A DNA stretch of 64,000 nucleotides, from IMG/VR virus record IMGVR_UViG_3300027759_000071, positions 1-64,000 of that record; one strand, given 5' to 3'. Under the pieces are notes generated by a model, which saw nothing but the letters and a program-made list of their open reading frames with translations, was not told the origin of the DNA and made no database searches. The stretch's first letter is position 1. Every line of letters starts with the position of its first letter. The DNA is from a virus. Below are positions 51,101-59,698 of the stretch, in pieces. A program made the position numbers and the translations under genes.

Positions 51101-54100
51101 ACAAACTCCATTTACACAATCTCAAATAGGTTCTCAATTTACTGGTTCAATTGAAGTTAGTGGAAGTATTAGAGCAACTCAATATTTATTTGGTGATGGT
51201 ACGTTTATTACTAACGTACAAGCATCAGCAGCCCCTTTAATAGCAAGTGGTTCAGCAACAGCATCGGTATCAAGTGGTAATACATTTGTAGTAACAACTG
51301 GAGCAACTGGTTCAGCTATTGGTTCTAGATTTACCGGTTCTATTGATGTAAGTGGTAGTGTTAAGGCATTTACGTTTATAGGAGATGGTTCTCAATTAAC
51401 CAATGTACAAGCATCATCTGCGCCATTTATCGCTAGTGGTTCGGCAACAGCATCTGTACAAAGTGGTGATACATTTATAGTTATAACTGGTGCAACGTCT
51501 GGTTCGGCAGTAGGTTCTCAATTTACTGGTTCGGTGGCAATTAGTGGTTCACTAAGCGCATCCTTATTTGTAGGAGATGGTGGTGGATTATTTAACATTC
51601 CAGCCGCAGCATTGCAAGATCTTGAATTAAATAAAATTATTTCTGGTTCGGCTATAGCAATAATTTCACCTAATAATGGTTTGAATATTAATACAACAAT
51701 ATCAGCATCTCTTTATTTTGGAGATGGTGGTGGATTGTTTAACATCCCTGCAAATGCATTAACAGACCTTAAGTTAGATAAATTAGTTTCTGGTTCTGCA
51801 ACAGCATCTATTTCACCTATTGATGGATTTAGAACAAATATATTTGCAGCAATTACCGGTGGTATTTATGTAACTGGTGGGAATTTTGTAGCAGCATCCG
51901 GTTCTACATATGTAGGAGATGGAAGTGGATTGACAAATATTAATATTGCAAACTTAGCATTTGAAACATCAATATTAAAATCAGGATCATTTACAGCATC
52001 TGTTTCTCCTAATAATGGATTTGTTACAAACGCATCTGCAAGTATTTACGGTAACTTATATGTTGATAAAGGAATTACTAGTTCATTTATATATTCTCCA
52101 TATTTTACTGGTTCATTCAATGGCACATATACATTTAGAGGAACTGGGCCAACCGCATCTGCTGAATATGATATTTTAAGATATGATGAAGCTAGGGGAT
52201 ATTATATTCCTCAACCTGAATATTCAAATGTGGAAACTGTTGGATTTAGTAATGTAAACATTTTAACAATTGTTCACAACTTAGGAGTTTTATATCCGGT
52301 TGTTCAGGTTTATCAAACTGGTTCACAACAACAAATTCTACCAGCAACTATTGAATCAATTGACTTAAACACTATAAAAATTACATTTAGTGGAACTGAA
52401 AGTGGACAAGTAGTAATTGGTAGTGGGGGTAGTGTAATTAGTGGTACAATACAAGGTAATAGAGTAGTAGGAACTGTTAATTCCGCATCTTACGCAGTAT
52501 ATGCTGAAAATGCAGGAACGGCATCTACTTTACTTGGTTTAACAAATGAAAATGTACAACAATTATTGTCAGCATCATTACAGCCTGGCAATTACGTTTT
52601 ATCATCTCAAACTGCATCGATGAGAGTATTAAGCTCATCTTACGCAGCAACTGCATCTTACGCATTAAATGCAAATATTGATACAACATTATTTGTATTA
52701 AATTCACAAACAGCTTCAATGTTTGTAGGTACAGCATCTTTAGCATACCAAGCGATATCAGCATCATTCTCTGCCAATGGCGGTGGCGGTGGTGGTTTTG
52801 TTGATACGGCTAGTTTTGTATTAAATTCACAAACAGCTTCAATGCGTGTATTAAGTGCATCATATGCTATAACAGCATCTTACGCAGCTTACGCAGCAAA
52901 TGCTTCAAACGTAGACACAACAGCATTTATTAATAAGTACTTAGATAGTACTATGTTCGCAAACTTTGTTGTAACAGGAAGTTTTGGTGCTAGTGGTAGT
53001 GTTTATGTAAATAATTTATATACATCCTCTTTATCATCTTATGTATTAACTTGGAATACAACAACTCATCAATTAGAAGCTAGAGACGTAGCTGGAGCAA
53101 GTGGTACATCCGGAACATCTGGCACATCGGGAACATCTGGGTCATCTGGTACATCTGGTTCATCTGGAAGTAGTGGTACTGATGGTTCTGGTGGTACATC
53201 TGGTACTAGTGGTACATCTGGTAGTGATGGTACATCTGGAAGTAGTGGTACGGATGGCTCAGCTGGTACATCGGGAACATCTGGTACATCTGGAACATCG
53301 GGTTCGTCTGGTTCAAGCGGTTCATCTGGTAGTGATGGTTCATCTGGTTCAAGCGGAAGTAGTGGAACATCAGGAACATCTGGTACATCTGGGTCATCTG
53401 GTACATCTGGTTCATCTGGAAGTAGTGGTAGTAGTGGAACAAGTGGTTCATCTGGAAGTAGTGGTTCTGCTGGTACATCGGGAACATCTGGTTCTACGGG
53501 TTCGGCTGGAAGTAGTGGTACATCAGGAACATCTGGTACATCTGGAAGTAGCGGTTCATCTGGAACATCTGGAACATCTGGCACAAGCGGCTCATCGGGA
53601 ACATCTGGTACAAGTGGTACATCGGGAACATCTGGTACAAGCGGAAGTAGTGGTTCATCGGGATATGATGGTTCATCCGGTAGTAGTGGTTCATCTGGTT
53701 CATCTGGAAGTAGTGGAACATCCGGTACATCTGGTACATCGGGAACATCTGGTACATCTGGAAGTAGTGGTGAATCTGGAACGGATGGTTCGGCTGGTTC
53801 ATCTGGTACAAGTGGTGAATCAGGAACATCTGGTACATCTGGAAGTAGTGGTACATCTGGAAGTAGTGGTACATCTGGAAGTAGTGGTTCATCGGGAACA
53901 ACTGGTTCAGCTGGTACATCTGGCTCATCTGGAACATCTGGAACAAGCGGTTCATCTGGAAGTAGTGGTTCATCGGGAACATCTGGAACATCTGGAACAT
54001 CTGGTTCAACAGGTTCGGCTGGTTCATCTGGGTCATCTGGAACATCTGGAAGTAGTGGAACGCGTGGTACATCTGGAAGTAGTGGTACATCAGGTTCAAC

Positions 54101-57100
54101 TGGTTCGGCTGGTACATCTGGTACAAGTGGTTCATCTGGTTCGGCTGGCTCATCGGGAACATCTGGAAGTAGTGGTACATCAGGAACATCTGGTAGTAGT
54201 GGTTCGTCTGGTTCTACTGGTAGTGATGGTACATCTGGAAGTAGTGGTTCATCTGGTTTAGACGGAACATCTGGTACAAGCGGAAGTAGTGGTAGTAGTG
54301 GAACATCAGGTACATCAGGTAAAAGTGGTACGGATGGCACATCTGGTTCGTCTGGGTCATCTGGTTCGTCTGGTTCGTCTGGATTAAGTGGAACATCTGG
54401 TACATCAGGTAAAAGTGGTACGGATGGTACAAGCGGCTCATCTGGAACATCTGGTAAAGCTGGTTCATCGGGAACATCTGGTAGTAGTGGTTCATCTGGT
54501 ACATCAGGTAAAAGTGGTTCATCGGGAACATCTGGTTCGTCTGGATTAAGTGGTACTGATGGTACATCTGGAAGTAGTGGTTCATCTGGAAGTAGTGGCA
54601 GTAGTGGTACTGACGGTTCGGCTGGAACATCTGGCTCAAGTGGTACTGATGGTTCAGCTGGTACAAGTGGTTCATCTGGTACAAGCGGTTCATCTGGTTC
54701 AGCTGGAAGTAGTGGTAGCAGTGGTACTGATGGTTCTGCAGGAACAAGCGCTACAAGCGGTTCATCTGGTTCATCTGGAAGTAGTGGTAGTGATGGTACA
54801 TCTGGCACAAGTGGTTCATCTGGAAGTAGTGGTACTGATGGTTCAGCTGGAACATCTGGAAGTAGTGGAGAAAATGGAACATCAGGAACATCTGGCACAA
54901 GCGGTACATCTGGTACATCAGGAACATCTGGAGAAAGTGGTACTGATGGTTCATCTGGAAGTAGTGGTATTTCTTGTTTAACATATCTTTTATCTAATGA
55001 GGATCCTGATAATCCTGCAGTGTTCGATTGGACACGATGTGATTTTACATCAGGAGACCAAATAACAATAAACCCTGGTGACCCGAATGTAGAAATTTGT
55101 GCAATTGGAGAATCTGTTGTATTAGCAAATCCACCATACGGAACAATAAATTTAGTAGGTGCATGTCATGGTACATCTGGTGTTGATGGTTTACCTGGAT
55201 ATACTCCTGAATTTGGAGTAGATTACTTTAATGGTACGGATGGTTCATCTGGTTCATCTGGTTTAAATGGATTAGCTGGTACATCTGGTACATCTGGTAC
55301 ATCGGGCAGTAGTGGAAGTAGTGGTTCATCGGGAACATCTGGTACAAGAGGTACAAGCGGCTCATCTGGTACGAGTGGTTCATCAGGATTAAGTGGAACA
55401 TCTGGAAGTAGTGGTACATCTGGCACATCAGGTATATCTGGTTCAGCTGGTACATCTGGAACATCTGGAAGTAGTGGTGAAAATGGTTCATCGGGAACAT
55501 CTGGTAGTAGTGGTTCATCTGGTACATCAGGAATAAGTGGTACAGCTGGAAGTAGTGGTACATCTGGTAGTGGTGGTAAAGATGGTACATCTGGAAGTAG
55601 TGGAGCAGACGGTACATCTGGAACATCTGGTACATCTGGTTCTTCTGGATATTCTGGAACGGATGGTTCAGCTGGTACATCTGGTACATCTGGAAGTAGT
55701 GGAATAAGTGGTTCATCAGGAACATCAGGAACATCCGGAACAAGTGGAAGTAGTGGTTCATCGGGAACATCTGGTATTAGTGGAGCTGGTTCAACATCTG
55801 GAACTTCGGGAACATCTGGAACATCGGGACAAAGTGGTTCGTCTGGAACAAGCGGTACATCTGGAGAAAGTGGTTCGGCTGGTACAAGCGGAACATCTGG
55901 TGTAAGTGGTAAAGACGGTAAAGATGGTACATTTGTTGGAAGTAGTGGTTCGTCTGGAACATCAGGAACATCTGGTTCGTCTGGTACAAGCGGAACATCT
56001 GGGTCATCTGGTTCATCGGGAACATCTGGTATTAGTGGAGCAAGTACAACATCAGGAACATCTGGTTCATCTGGTACATCCGGGCAAAGTGGTACATCTG
56101 GTTCATCAGGAACATCTGGCACAAGCGGCATTAGCGGTACGGATGGTACTTACTTTGGTACAAGCGGAACATCAGGAACATCTGGTACATCTGGTTCATC
56201 TGGTGAAAGTGGCTCTGCTGGTACATCTGGAACTTCGGGAACATCTGGAGCAAGTGGTAAAGATGGTACTTATTTTGGTTCAGCTGGTACAAGCGGTACA
56301 AGCGGTACAAGCGGTACATCTGGAGAAAGTGGTACATCTGGCATATCCGGCTCATCAGGAACATCTGGTGTAAGTGGTACGGATGGTACATTCTTTGGTA
56401 CATCCGGAACTTCGGGAGTAAGCGGTTCATCTGGAACATCTGGTATTAGTGGAGTAGCATCAACATCTGGTTCATCAGGAACATCTGGTACATCTGGAGC
56501 AAGTGGTAAAGATGGAACATTCTTTGGCTCATCAGGAACGTCTGGAGTTAGTGGTTCGGCTGGTACATCTGGTACATCTGGTATTAGTGGAGCTGGTGCA
56601 ACGTCTGGTTCATCTGGTACATCTGGAAGTAGTGGTAAAGACGGAACTTACTTTGGAAGTAGTGGTACATCTGGAGTTAGCGGTTCATCTGGTACATCGG
56701 GTCTTAGTGGAGCTGGTGCAACATCTGGGACATCGGGAACATCCGGTGTAAGTGGTAAAGACGGTACTTATTTTGGAAGTAGTGGAACATCTGGAGTTAG
56801 CGGAACATCTGGTACATCAGGTCTTAGTGGTGTAACCGCAACCGCCGGTACATCTGGAACATCTGGGTCATCTGGTACATCTGGTATTAGTGGTTTAAAT
56901 GGTACATATTTTGGAAGTAGTGGAACATCGGGCACATCGGGTCTTAGTGGTGCAACGGCAACAGCAGGTTCATCCGGCACATCTGGGTCATCTGGTACAA
57001 GCGGTATTAGTGGAACTGATGGTACTTATTTTGGTACAAGCGGAACATCAGGAGTAAGTGGAACATCTGGTACATCATTCTATGGTGTAACATCTGGAAC

Positions 57101-57638
57101 GTCTGGAGTATCTGGAACATCTGGTACATCCTTTTACGGAGTAACATCTGGTACGCGTGGTTCTGCTGGTACATCTGGAACTTCTGGGTTTTTAACTTTA
57201 ACCGGTACAACTGATAATGGTATATTAACATTAAATGGTGCACAACCAAATGCAAGTGTTGAAGCTAATTTAACATTTGATGGTAGCTTGTTGACAGTAG
57301 CTGGAGCAGTATCACCAACAACATATAGAGAAACATATTCTGATTTAGGAACTGGTGGAGCAACATTCTCAATCGATTTAAGTACAGCAAACAATTTTAA
57401 GAAAACTGTAAACGCAAATGGAACGGTTACAATAACAAATCCACCAGCTGGAAAAGCATTTGGATTTACACTAGCATTAACAAATGGTGGTGGATATACA
57501 ATAGCTTGGACTAGTGTTAAATGGGCTGGTGGAGCACAACCAACTCTAACAACATCTGGTACGGATATTATTGTAATATATACTTATGATGGAGGCAGTA
57601 CCTATTATGGTTTCTTAGCCGGAAAAAATATGATATAA
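45144..57638 (+). CDS. Giant 4164-aa fibre protein: ~29 IASGSxTAS repeats, cupredoxin-like domain, ~1360-aa GTS/GSS tract, C-terminal tip domain
   Basis: Repeat unit IASGSVTASVSPxxGF...GSQFTGS...GxGxxLxNIP over 45350-52020; HPF...CQYHSMM; G-X-Y tract 53090-57190. Confidence 0.85.
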   Translation: MAISNLLTGRVRVVSPKNVTSDRYQFLDLSQAEPNFGVPSFSASLYDNPAILVSDSDGNRGFVQLPSSTKLVTGSITASVTPEYGFQVVSVDSGSQFTGSVFVSGSVTANYFIGDGSQLTNVASTVAPRIASGSATASISPDLGLQINVDTTILGNLYVSQSIIADQLIVNLISSSVIFSSGSNIFGNTNTNIQQFTGSVQIQTELIAGYVTASSFSGSFTGDGSNLFNVPAATSPRIVSGSATASISPNEGLLVNTGVTIADYLIVTGSATFYSAVSASVFSGSGESLFNLPDSKRIASGSVTASVSPDSGFIVESLIKGSQFTGSINVSGSVLVQSGSYLVGDGRYLSNISFANLSIDSTRIFSGSATASISPSEGFKVNVNSSISGSLNVSQSIIASQFSGSFSGSFQGDGSRLINLPIATKIASGSVTASVDPNNGFVVTSVANGSTFSGSVFLSSGSYFSGSGKYIFDIPFANLTGDTIRISNGNVTASVSPDYGFKVESLVSGSQFTGSISVSGSISVSGSVTASFFVGDGSKLFNIPALTAVLIASGSVTASVAPDKGFIVTSTASGSKFTGSINVSGSVTAFNFYGSASQAENANLFDGRESSTFATTGSNLFTGSQFITGSLTANFFIGDGSGLTGVRADVTPRIASGSVTASISPDTGLLVNTTVSASSFSGSGDGLFNIPLSAFSSEVSRIATGSITASVNPDYGFRVESISSGSQFTGSLFVSGNIQVSSGSFFSGSGEGLFNIPFASISGEISKISSGSATASISPDKGFEINVNTRITGSLLVVSSSNFLSSVSASIFSGSGESLFNIPLAALATEALRIANGDVTASVSNDGFVVKTPFSGSQIGSRFTGSLSISGSVFLSSGSFYSGSGEGLFNIPFSALSTEVFRIASGSVTASASPNFGFVVTSAASGSQFSGSVSISGSLSAYGNGFISGTLLVTSASNFFDSTLIITRQYSQFSGSVYGSIFSGSNFFGQSFSGSHIGDGSQLTNVNALSAYVLQSGSFTASFIPNIGLKVNTNLFVENGSVTASNLNLVNSAYVGNNLYVENNIYAKQISVQFISSSIIYSTGSNIFGNTNTNIQQFTGSVKIQTELIAGFVTASSYTGSFSGAFKGDGSGLINIPATIPTLIATGSVSASVSLQNGFVVRASESGSLFYGNVIITGSKTELTSSLFVEGPALFKSGISASVFSGSGAGLTNLPETTRLGSGNVTASVNSNFGFIVISTDSGSVFTGSILITGSVTIPSGSGYFSGSGEGLSNIPFSALSGDALRLASGSVTASISPNKGFEVNTFTKISGSLVVSSSGHVVDVSDINKVFAVTNNSSMEYYFTGAVSGSNPTITLVKGVTYTFNVNASGHPFYIKAAPVTGTGSTYNTGVSGNGTQVGTITFTVPNTAPATLYYICQYHSMMVGTINIVDELVIPATIELIGDVNVTGSVSITFGSTFSGSGANLFDIPFSAFSGDAIRIASGSATASISPINGFLVNTKAQFEGNVSASMFTGSGAGLFDIPFSSFTGDASRISSASVTASVSPTFGFKVESLKSGSQFTGSINVSGSISISSGSFYSGSGRFLFDIPESALSFSPNKIISGSVTASVSPDYGFRIESVDYGSEFTGSIRVSGSVNIDNSLTVTNSVIANEFSGSFSGSGANLFDIPLSALVQNVYQIATGSVTASVDPNIGFIVNSNATITGSLIVSSSTTLQQGLNVLGNVNVDTLNSGSYGTINLSGSTNITGALDIIGDAHLHNDLYVDGKIIANQIVTNLISSSIIYSSGSNIFGNDVTNFQQFTGSLYVSGGVGGGVFLNTGSTFSGSGRGLFDIPLSALAENVYQMASGSVTASVSPNNGFKVYSLDAGSQFTGSVYVTGSVSASFFVGDGSQLTNVLAIVAPFIGSGSATGSVTSGDQFIVTTAKTGSQLGSIFTGSIEVSGSIRATDYLIGDGTYITNVFAQSSPKIESGSVTASVSPNFGFRVQTPFTQSQIGSQFTGSIEVSGSIRATQYLFGDGTFITNVQASAAPLIASGSATASVSSGNTFVVTTGATGSAIGSRFTGSIDVSGSVKAFTFIGDGSQLTNVQASSAPFIASGSATASVQSGDTFIVITGATSGSAVGSQFTGSVAISGSLSASLFVGDGGGLFNIPAAALQDLELNKIISGSAIAIISPNNGLNINTTISASLYFGDGGGLFNIPANALTDLKLDKLVSGSATASISPIDGFRTNIFAAITGGIYVTGGNFVAASGSTYVGDGSGLTNINIANLAFETSILKSGSFTASVSPNNGFVTNASASIYGNLYVDKGITSSFIYSPYFTGSFNGTYTFRGTGPTASAEYDILRYDEARGYYIPQPEYSNVETVGFSNVNILTIVHNLGVLYPVVQVYQTGSQQQILPATIESIDLNTIKITFSGTESGQVVIGSGGSVISGTIQGNRVVGTVNSASYAVYAENAGTASTLLGLTNENVQQLLSASLQPGNYVLSSQTASMRVLSSSYAATASYALNANIDTTLFVLNSQTASMFVGTASLAYQAISASFSANGGGGGGFVDTASFVLNSQTASMRVLSASYAITASYAAYAANASNVDTTAFINKYLDSTMFANFVVTGSFGASGSVYVNNLYTSSLSSYVLTWNTTTHQLEARDVAGASGTSGTSGTSGTSGSSGTSGSSGSSGTDGSGGTSGTSGTSGSDGTSGSSGTDGSAGTSGTSGTSGTSGSSGSSGSSGSDGSSGSSGSSGTSGTSGTSGSSGTSGSSGSSGSSGTSGSSGSSGSAGTSGTSGSTGSAGSSGTSGTSGTSGSSGSSGTSGTSGTSGSSGTSGTSGTSGTSGTSGSSGSSGYDGSSGSSGSSGSSGSSGTSGTSGTSGTSGTSGSSGESGTDGSAGSSGTSGESGTSGTSGSSGTSGSSGTSGSSGSSGTTGSAGTSGSSGTSGTSGSSGSSGSSGTSGTSGTSGSTGSAGSSGSSGTSGSSGTRGTSGSSGTSGSTGSAGTSGTSGSSGSAGSSGTSGSSGTSGTSGSSGSSGSTGSDGTSGSSGSSGLDGTSGTSGSSGSSGTSGTSGKSGTDGTSGSSGSSGSSGSSGLSGTSGTSGKSGTDGTSGSSGTSGKAGSSGTSGSSGSSGTSGKSGSSGTSGSSGLSGTDGTSGSSGSSGSSGSSGTDGSAGTSGSSGTDGSAGTSGSSGTSGSSGSAGSSGSSGTDGSAGTSATSGSSGSSGSSGSDGTSGTSGSSGSSGTDGSAGTSGSSGENGTSGTSGTSGTSGTSGTSGESGTDGSSGSSGISCLTYLLSNEDPDNPAVFDWTRCDFTSGDQITINPGDPNVEICAIGESVVLANPPYGTINLVGACHGTSGVDGLPGYTPEFGVDYFNGTDGSSGSSGLNGLAGTSGTSGTSGSSGSSGSSGTSGTRGTSGSSGTSGSSGLSGTSGSSGTSGTSGISGSAGTSGTSGSSGENGSSGTSGSSGSSGTSGISGTAGSSGTSGSGGKDGTSGSSGADGTSGTSGTSGSSGYSGTDGSAGTSGTSGSSGISGSSGTSGTSGTSGSSGSSGTSGISGAGSTSGTSGTSGTSGQSGSSGTSGTSGESGSAGTSGTSGVSGKDGKDGTFVGSSGSSGTSGTSGSSGTSGTSGSSGSSGTSGISGASTTSGTSGSSGTSGQSGTSGSSGTSGTSGISGTDGTYFGTSGTSGTSGTSGSSGESGSAGTSGTSGTSGASGKDGTYFGSAGTSGTSGTSGTSGESGTSGISGSSGTSGVSGTDGTFFGTSGTSGVSGSSGTSGISGVASTSGSSGTSGTSGASGKDGTFFGSSGTSGVSGSAGTSGTSGISGAGATSGSSGTSGSSGKDGTYFGSSGTSGVSGSSGTSGLSGAGATSGTSGTSGVSGKDGTYFGSSGTSGVSGTSGTSGLSGVTATAGTSGTSGSSGTSGISGLNGTYFGSSGTSGTSGLSGATATAGSSGTSGSSGTSGISGTDGTYFGTSGTSGVSGTSGTSFYGVTSGTSGVSGTSGTSFYGVTSGTRGSAGTSGTSGFLTLTGTTDNGILTLNGAQPNASVEANLTFDGSLLTVAGAVSPTTYRETYSDLGTGGATFSIDLSTANNFKKTVNANGTVTITNPPAGKAFGFTLALTNGGGYTIAWTSVKWAGGAQPTLTTSGTDIIVIYTYDGGSTYYGFLAGKNMI
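53090..57190 (+). repeat. Low-complexity 9-nt-period repeat encoding G-T-S/G-S-S
   Basis: ggtacatct/ggttcatct/ggaagtagt units, with one non-repetitive Cys-containing interruption at ~54970-55230. Confidence 0.95.
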
Positions 57639-57644
57639 TAAGTT

Positions 57645-58508
57645 ATGGGAATAGCAAGAAGATTAATACCTAGCGGAATGGCAGAACCTTTCAAATTTAC
57701 AATAGCAGTTGGTGCTGGTGGTTTATTTACTTTACCATTGAATGATTATAATGGATTAACTCCAAACTTTAGTGTAAGTTGGGGCGATGCTACGTCAAAT
57801 AGTATAACAGCATATAATGATACTAATAGAGCACACACATATACATCAGCTGGTACATATCAAATAGAAATAACTGGATTCATGCCATCATTTGCAGTTG
57901 ATAATAAAGCAGCAATAAAAAGTTTGATTACATCTGTTGATGCATGGGGGACTGTTGGTTTAAGAGTTATCAATTTTTATGGTTGTAATAATATTAGTAC
58001 TCTACCAACTGATTATATTGGATTAGCTGATGTTGAGATATTTTCAAATTTTATGCGTTCAACTGCTATAACAACAATTCCTTCAACAATATTTTCAAAT
58101 TCAACACAAGCATTATCTTTTACGGATATTTTTTCATTTACAGCCATAACAAGTATACCATCTGGGTTGTTTACTAATAATGTTAATGCTACTGATTTTG
58201 GTGCTGCATTTAGTACATGTCTTTCTTTAGCAACATACCCATCTAATTTATTTGATACTAATATAAATGTATCTGGTTTTGCTGGTACATTTAAATTATG
58301 CAAATTATTAACATCACCATTACAATTTACATATAATACTGCTGTAACTGATTTTTCTAATTTATATTTTCAAAACACAACAACAAATAGTATGTCTGGT
58401 ACGGCACCATCACTTTGGACTAGAGTTCCTCAACCATATGGAGTGGGTGCATTTAAAAATTGTACTGGTTTATCAAATTTCGCATCAATACCTTCAAATT
58501 TTAAATAA
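57645..58508 (+). CDS. PKD-like plus BspA/DUF285-like repeat protein (putative fibre-tip adhesin)
   Basis: VSWGD...HTYTSAGTYQIEITG (PKD-like); ITSIPSGLFTNNVNATDFGAAFSTC-type repeats. Confidence 0.7.
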   Translation: MGIARRLIPSGMAEPFKFTIAVGAGGLFTLPLNDYNGLTPNFSVSWGDATSNSITAYNDTNRAHTYTSAGTYQIEITGFMPSFAVDNKAAIKSLITSVDAWGTVGLRVINFYGCNNISTLPTDYIGLADVEIFSNFMRSTAITTIPSTIFSNSTQALSFTDIFSFTAITSIPSGLFTNNVNATDFGAAFSTCLSLATYPSNLFDTNINVSGFAGTFKLCKLLTSPLQFTYNTAVTDFSNLYFQNTTTNSMSGTAPSLWTRVPQPYGVGAFKNCTGLSNFASIPSNFK

Positions 58509-58510
58509 TT

Positions 58511-58954
58511 ATGTATTTAAGAATTATAAACGATACTATAATATATCCATATACAATTCAACAATTAAAGTTAGATAATTCAAATGTAACTTTTCCTGAA
58601 AATTTAACTAATGCTGTTTTACTTCAATGGGATATGATTAGTGTTCAACCAACAGTAAAACCAAACGATTATACAAAAAATATTTCCGAAGGAACTCCTG
58701 AATTAATAGATGGTACATATAATCAAGTTTGGAATCAATCAAACGCATCTGAAACGGAAATTAATATTCGTATAGAAAATAAATGGATAGAAATCAGAAA
58801 TTTGAGAGACCAATTACTTTTAGAATCTGATTGGACACAATTAGCAGATTCTCCGCAAATTACAAATAATGACTGGAAAACATACAGACAATATCTTAGA
58901 GATATTACCAGTCAAAGTAACCCTTTTGGTATAAGCTGGCCTACAAAACCTTAA
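58511..58954 (+). CDS. Tail fibre assembly chaperone (Phage_tail_APC-like)
   Basis: IRNLRDQLLLESDWTQLADSP...WKTYRQYLRDIT...WPTKP. Confidence 0.85.
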   Translation: MYLRIINDTIIYPYTIQQLKLDNSNVTFPENLTNAVLLQWDMISVQPTVKPNDYTKNISEGTPELIDGTYNQVWNQSNASETEINIRIENKWIEIRNLRDQLLLESDWTQLADSPQITNNDWKTYRQYLRDITSQSNPFGISWPTKP

Positions 58955-58967
58955 AAGGAAATTTATT

Positions 58968-58976
58968 ATATTTATA
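58968..58976 (+). promoter_or_regulatory. Putative late promoter motif ATATTTATA
   Basis: Recurrent motif, 24 nt before ATG 59001. Confidence 0.6.
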
Positions 58977-59000
58977 CCTATAACAAAATTACGGATATAA

Positions 59001-59336
59001 ATGAAAATAAATAGTCCCATTTTTTCAGGCTCAATAACGCAAGCAGTTAATGCGTATGCTACATTGAGTGGTTCGTTTACGGGCTCATTTACAGGTTCAT
59101 TCAAAGGTTCTATTGATGTTCAGCAAGCATCTTTTGATTATTTAACAATTGGTCAAAGATTAATAGTTAGCGGAAGCTTAATTGTTACTGGTTCTGGAAA
59201 TATAATTGGCCCATTAAATGTAACCGGTTCTACTAATATATTATCTGGCTCGGTGAATGTATTATCTGGCTCGGTAACAATAGAAGGTGTAAGTGTGTTA
59301 GATACAGCTTTAGCATATGCTATCGCATTAGGATAA
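59001..59336 (+). CDS. Small virion fibre-associated protein
   Basis: SGSFTGS/VTGS repeats; ends in ALAYAIALG. Confidence 0.6.
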   Translation: MKINSPIFSGSITQAVNAYATLSGSFTGSFTGSFKGSIDVQQASFDYLTIGQRLIVSGSLIVTGSGNIIGPLNVTGSTNILSGSVNVLSGSVTIEGVSVLDTALAYAIALG

Positions 59337-59348
59337 AAATAAAAATAA

Positions 59349-59684
59349 ATGGCAAATACATTTAAAAATAGTATAAGTGGTTCGATTGGTACGGCAAATA
59401 CAATTGTATATCAAGCACCAGCTGCTACATCAACAACTGTAATTGGGATGAGTGTTGCAAATACTAACCTTAATAATAATATTAATGTTAGTGCAACTTT
59501 AACAAGTGCTGGACAAGCTAAGACGGTATATGTAGTTAGAAATACTACTATACCTGTTGGAGGAAGTGTAGTGTTTGTTGGTGGTGACCAAAAAATAGCA
59601 ATGAGTGCAGGAGATTTTATTTCGGTACAATCTTCAGTAGCTGCATCGGCAGATGTAATTGTTTCGGTTTTAGAAATTAGTTAA
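59349..59684 (+). CDS. Small beta-sandwich virion protein
   Basis: MANTFKN...VYQAPAATSTTVIGMSVAN...IPVGGS...DVIVSVLEIS, a common phage structural family; paralog of the ends of ORF 44159. Confidence 0.65.
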   Translation: MANTFKNSISGSIGTANTIVYQAPAATSTTVIGMSVANTNLNNNINVSATLTSAGQAKTVYVVRNTTIPVGGSVVFVGGDQKIAMSAGDFISVQSSVAASADVIVSVLEIS

Positions 59685-59698
59685 AAGTAATAAAATAG

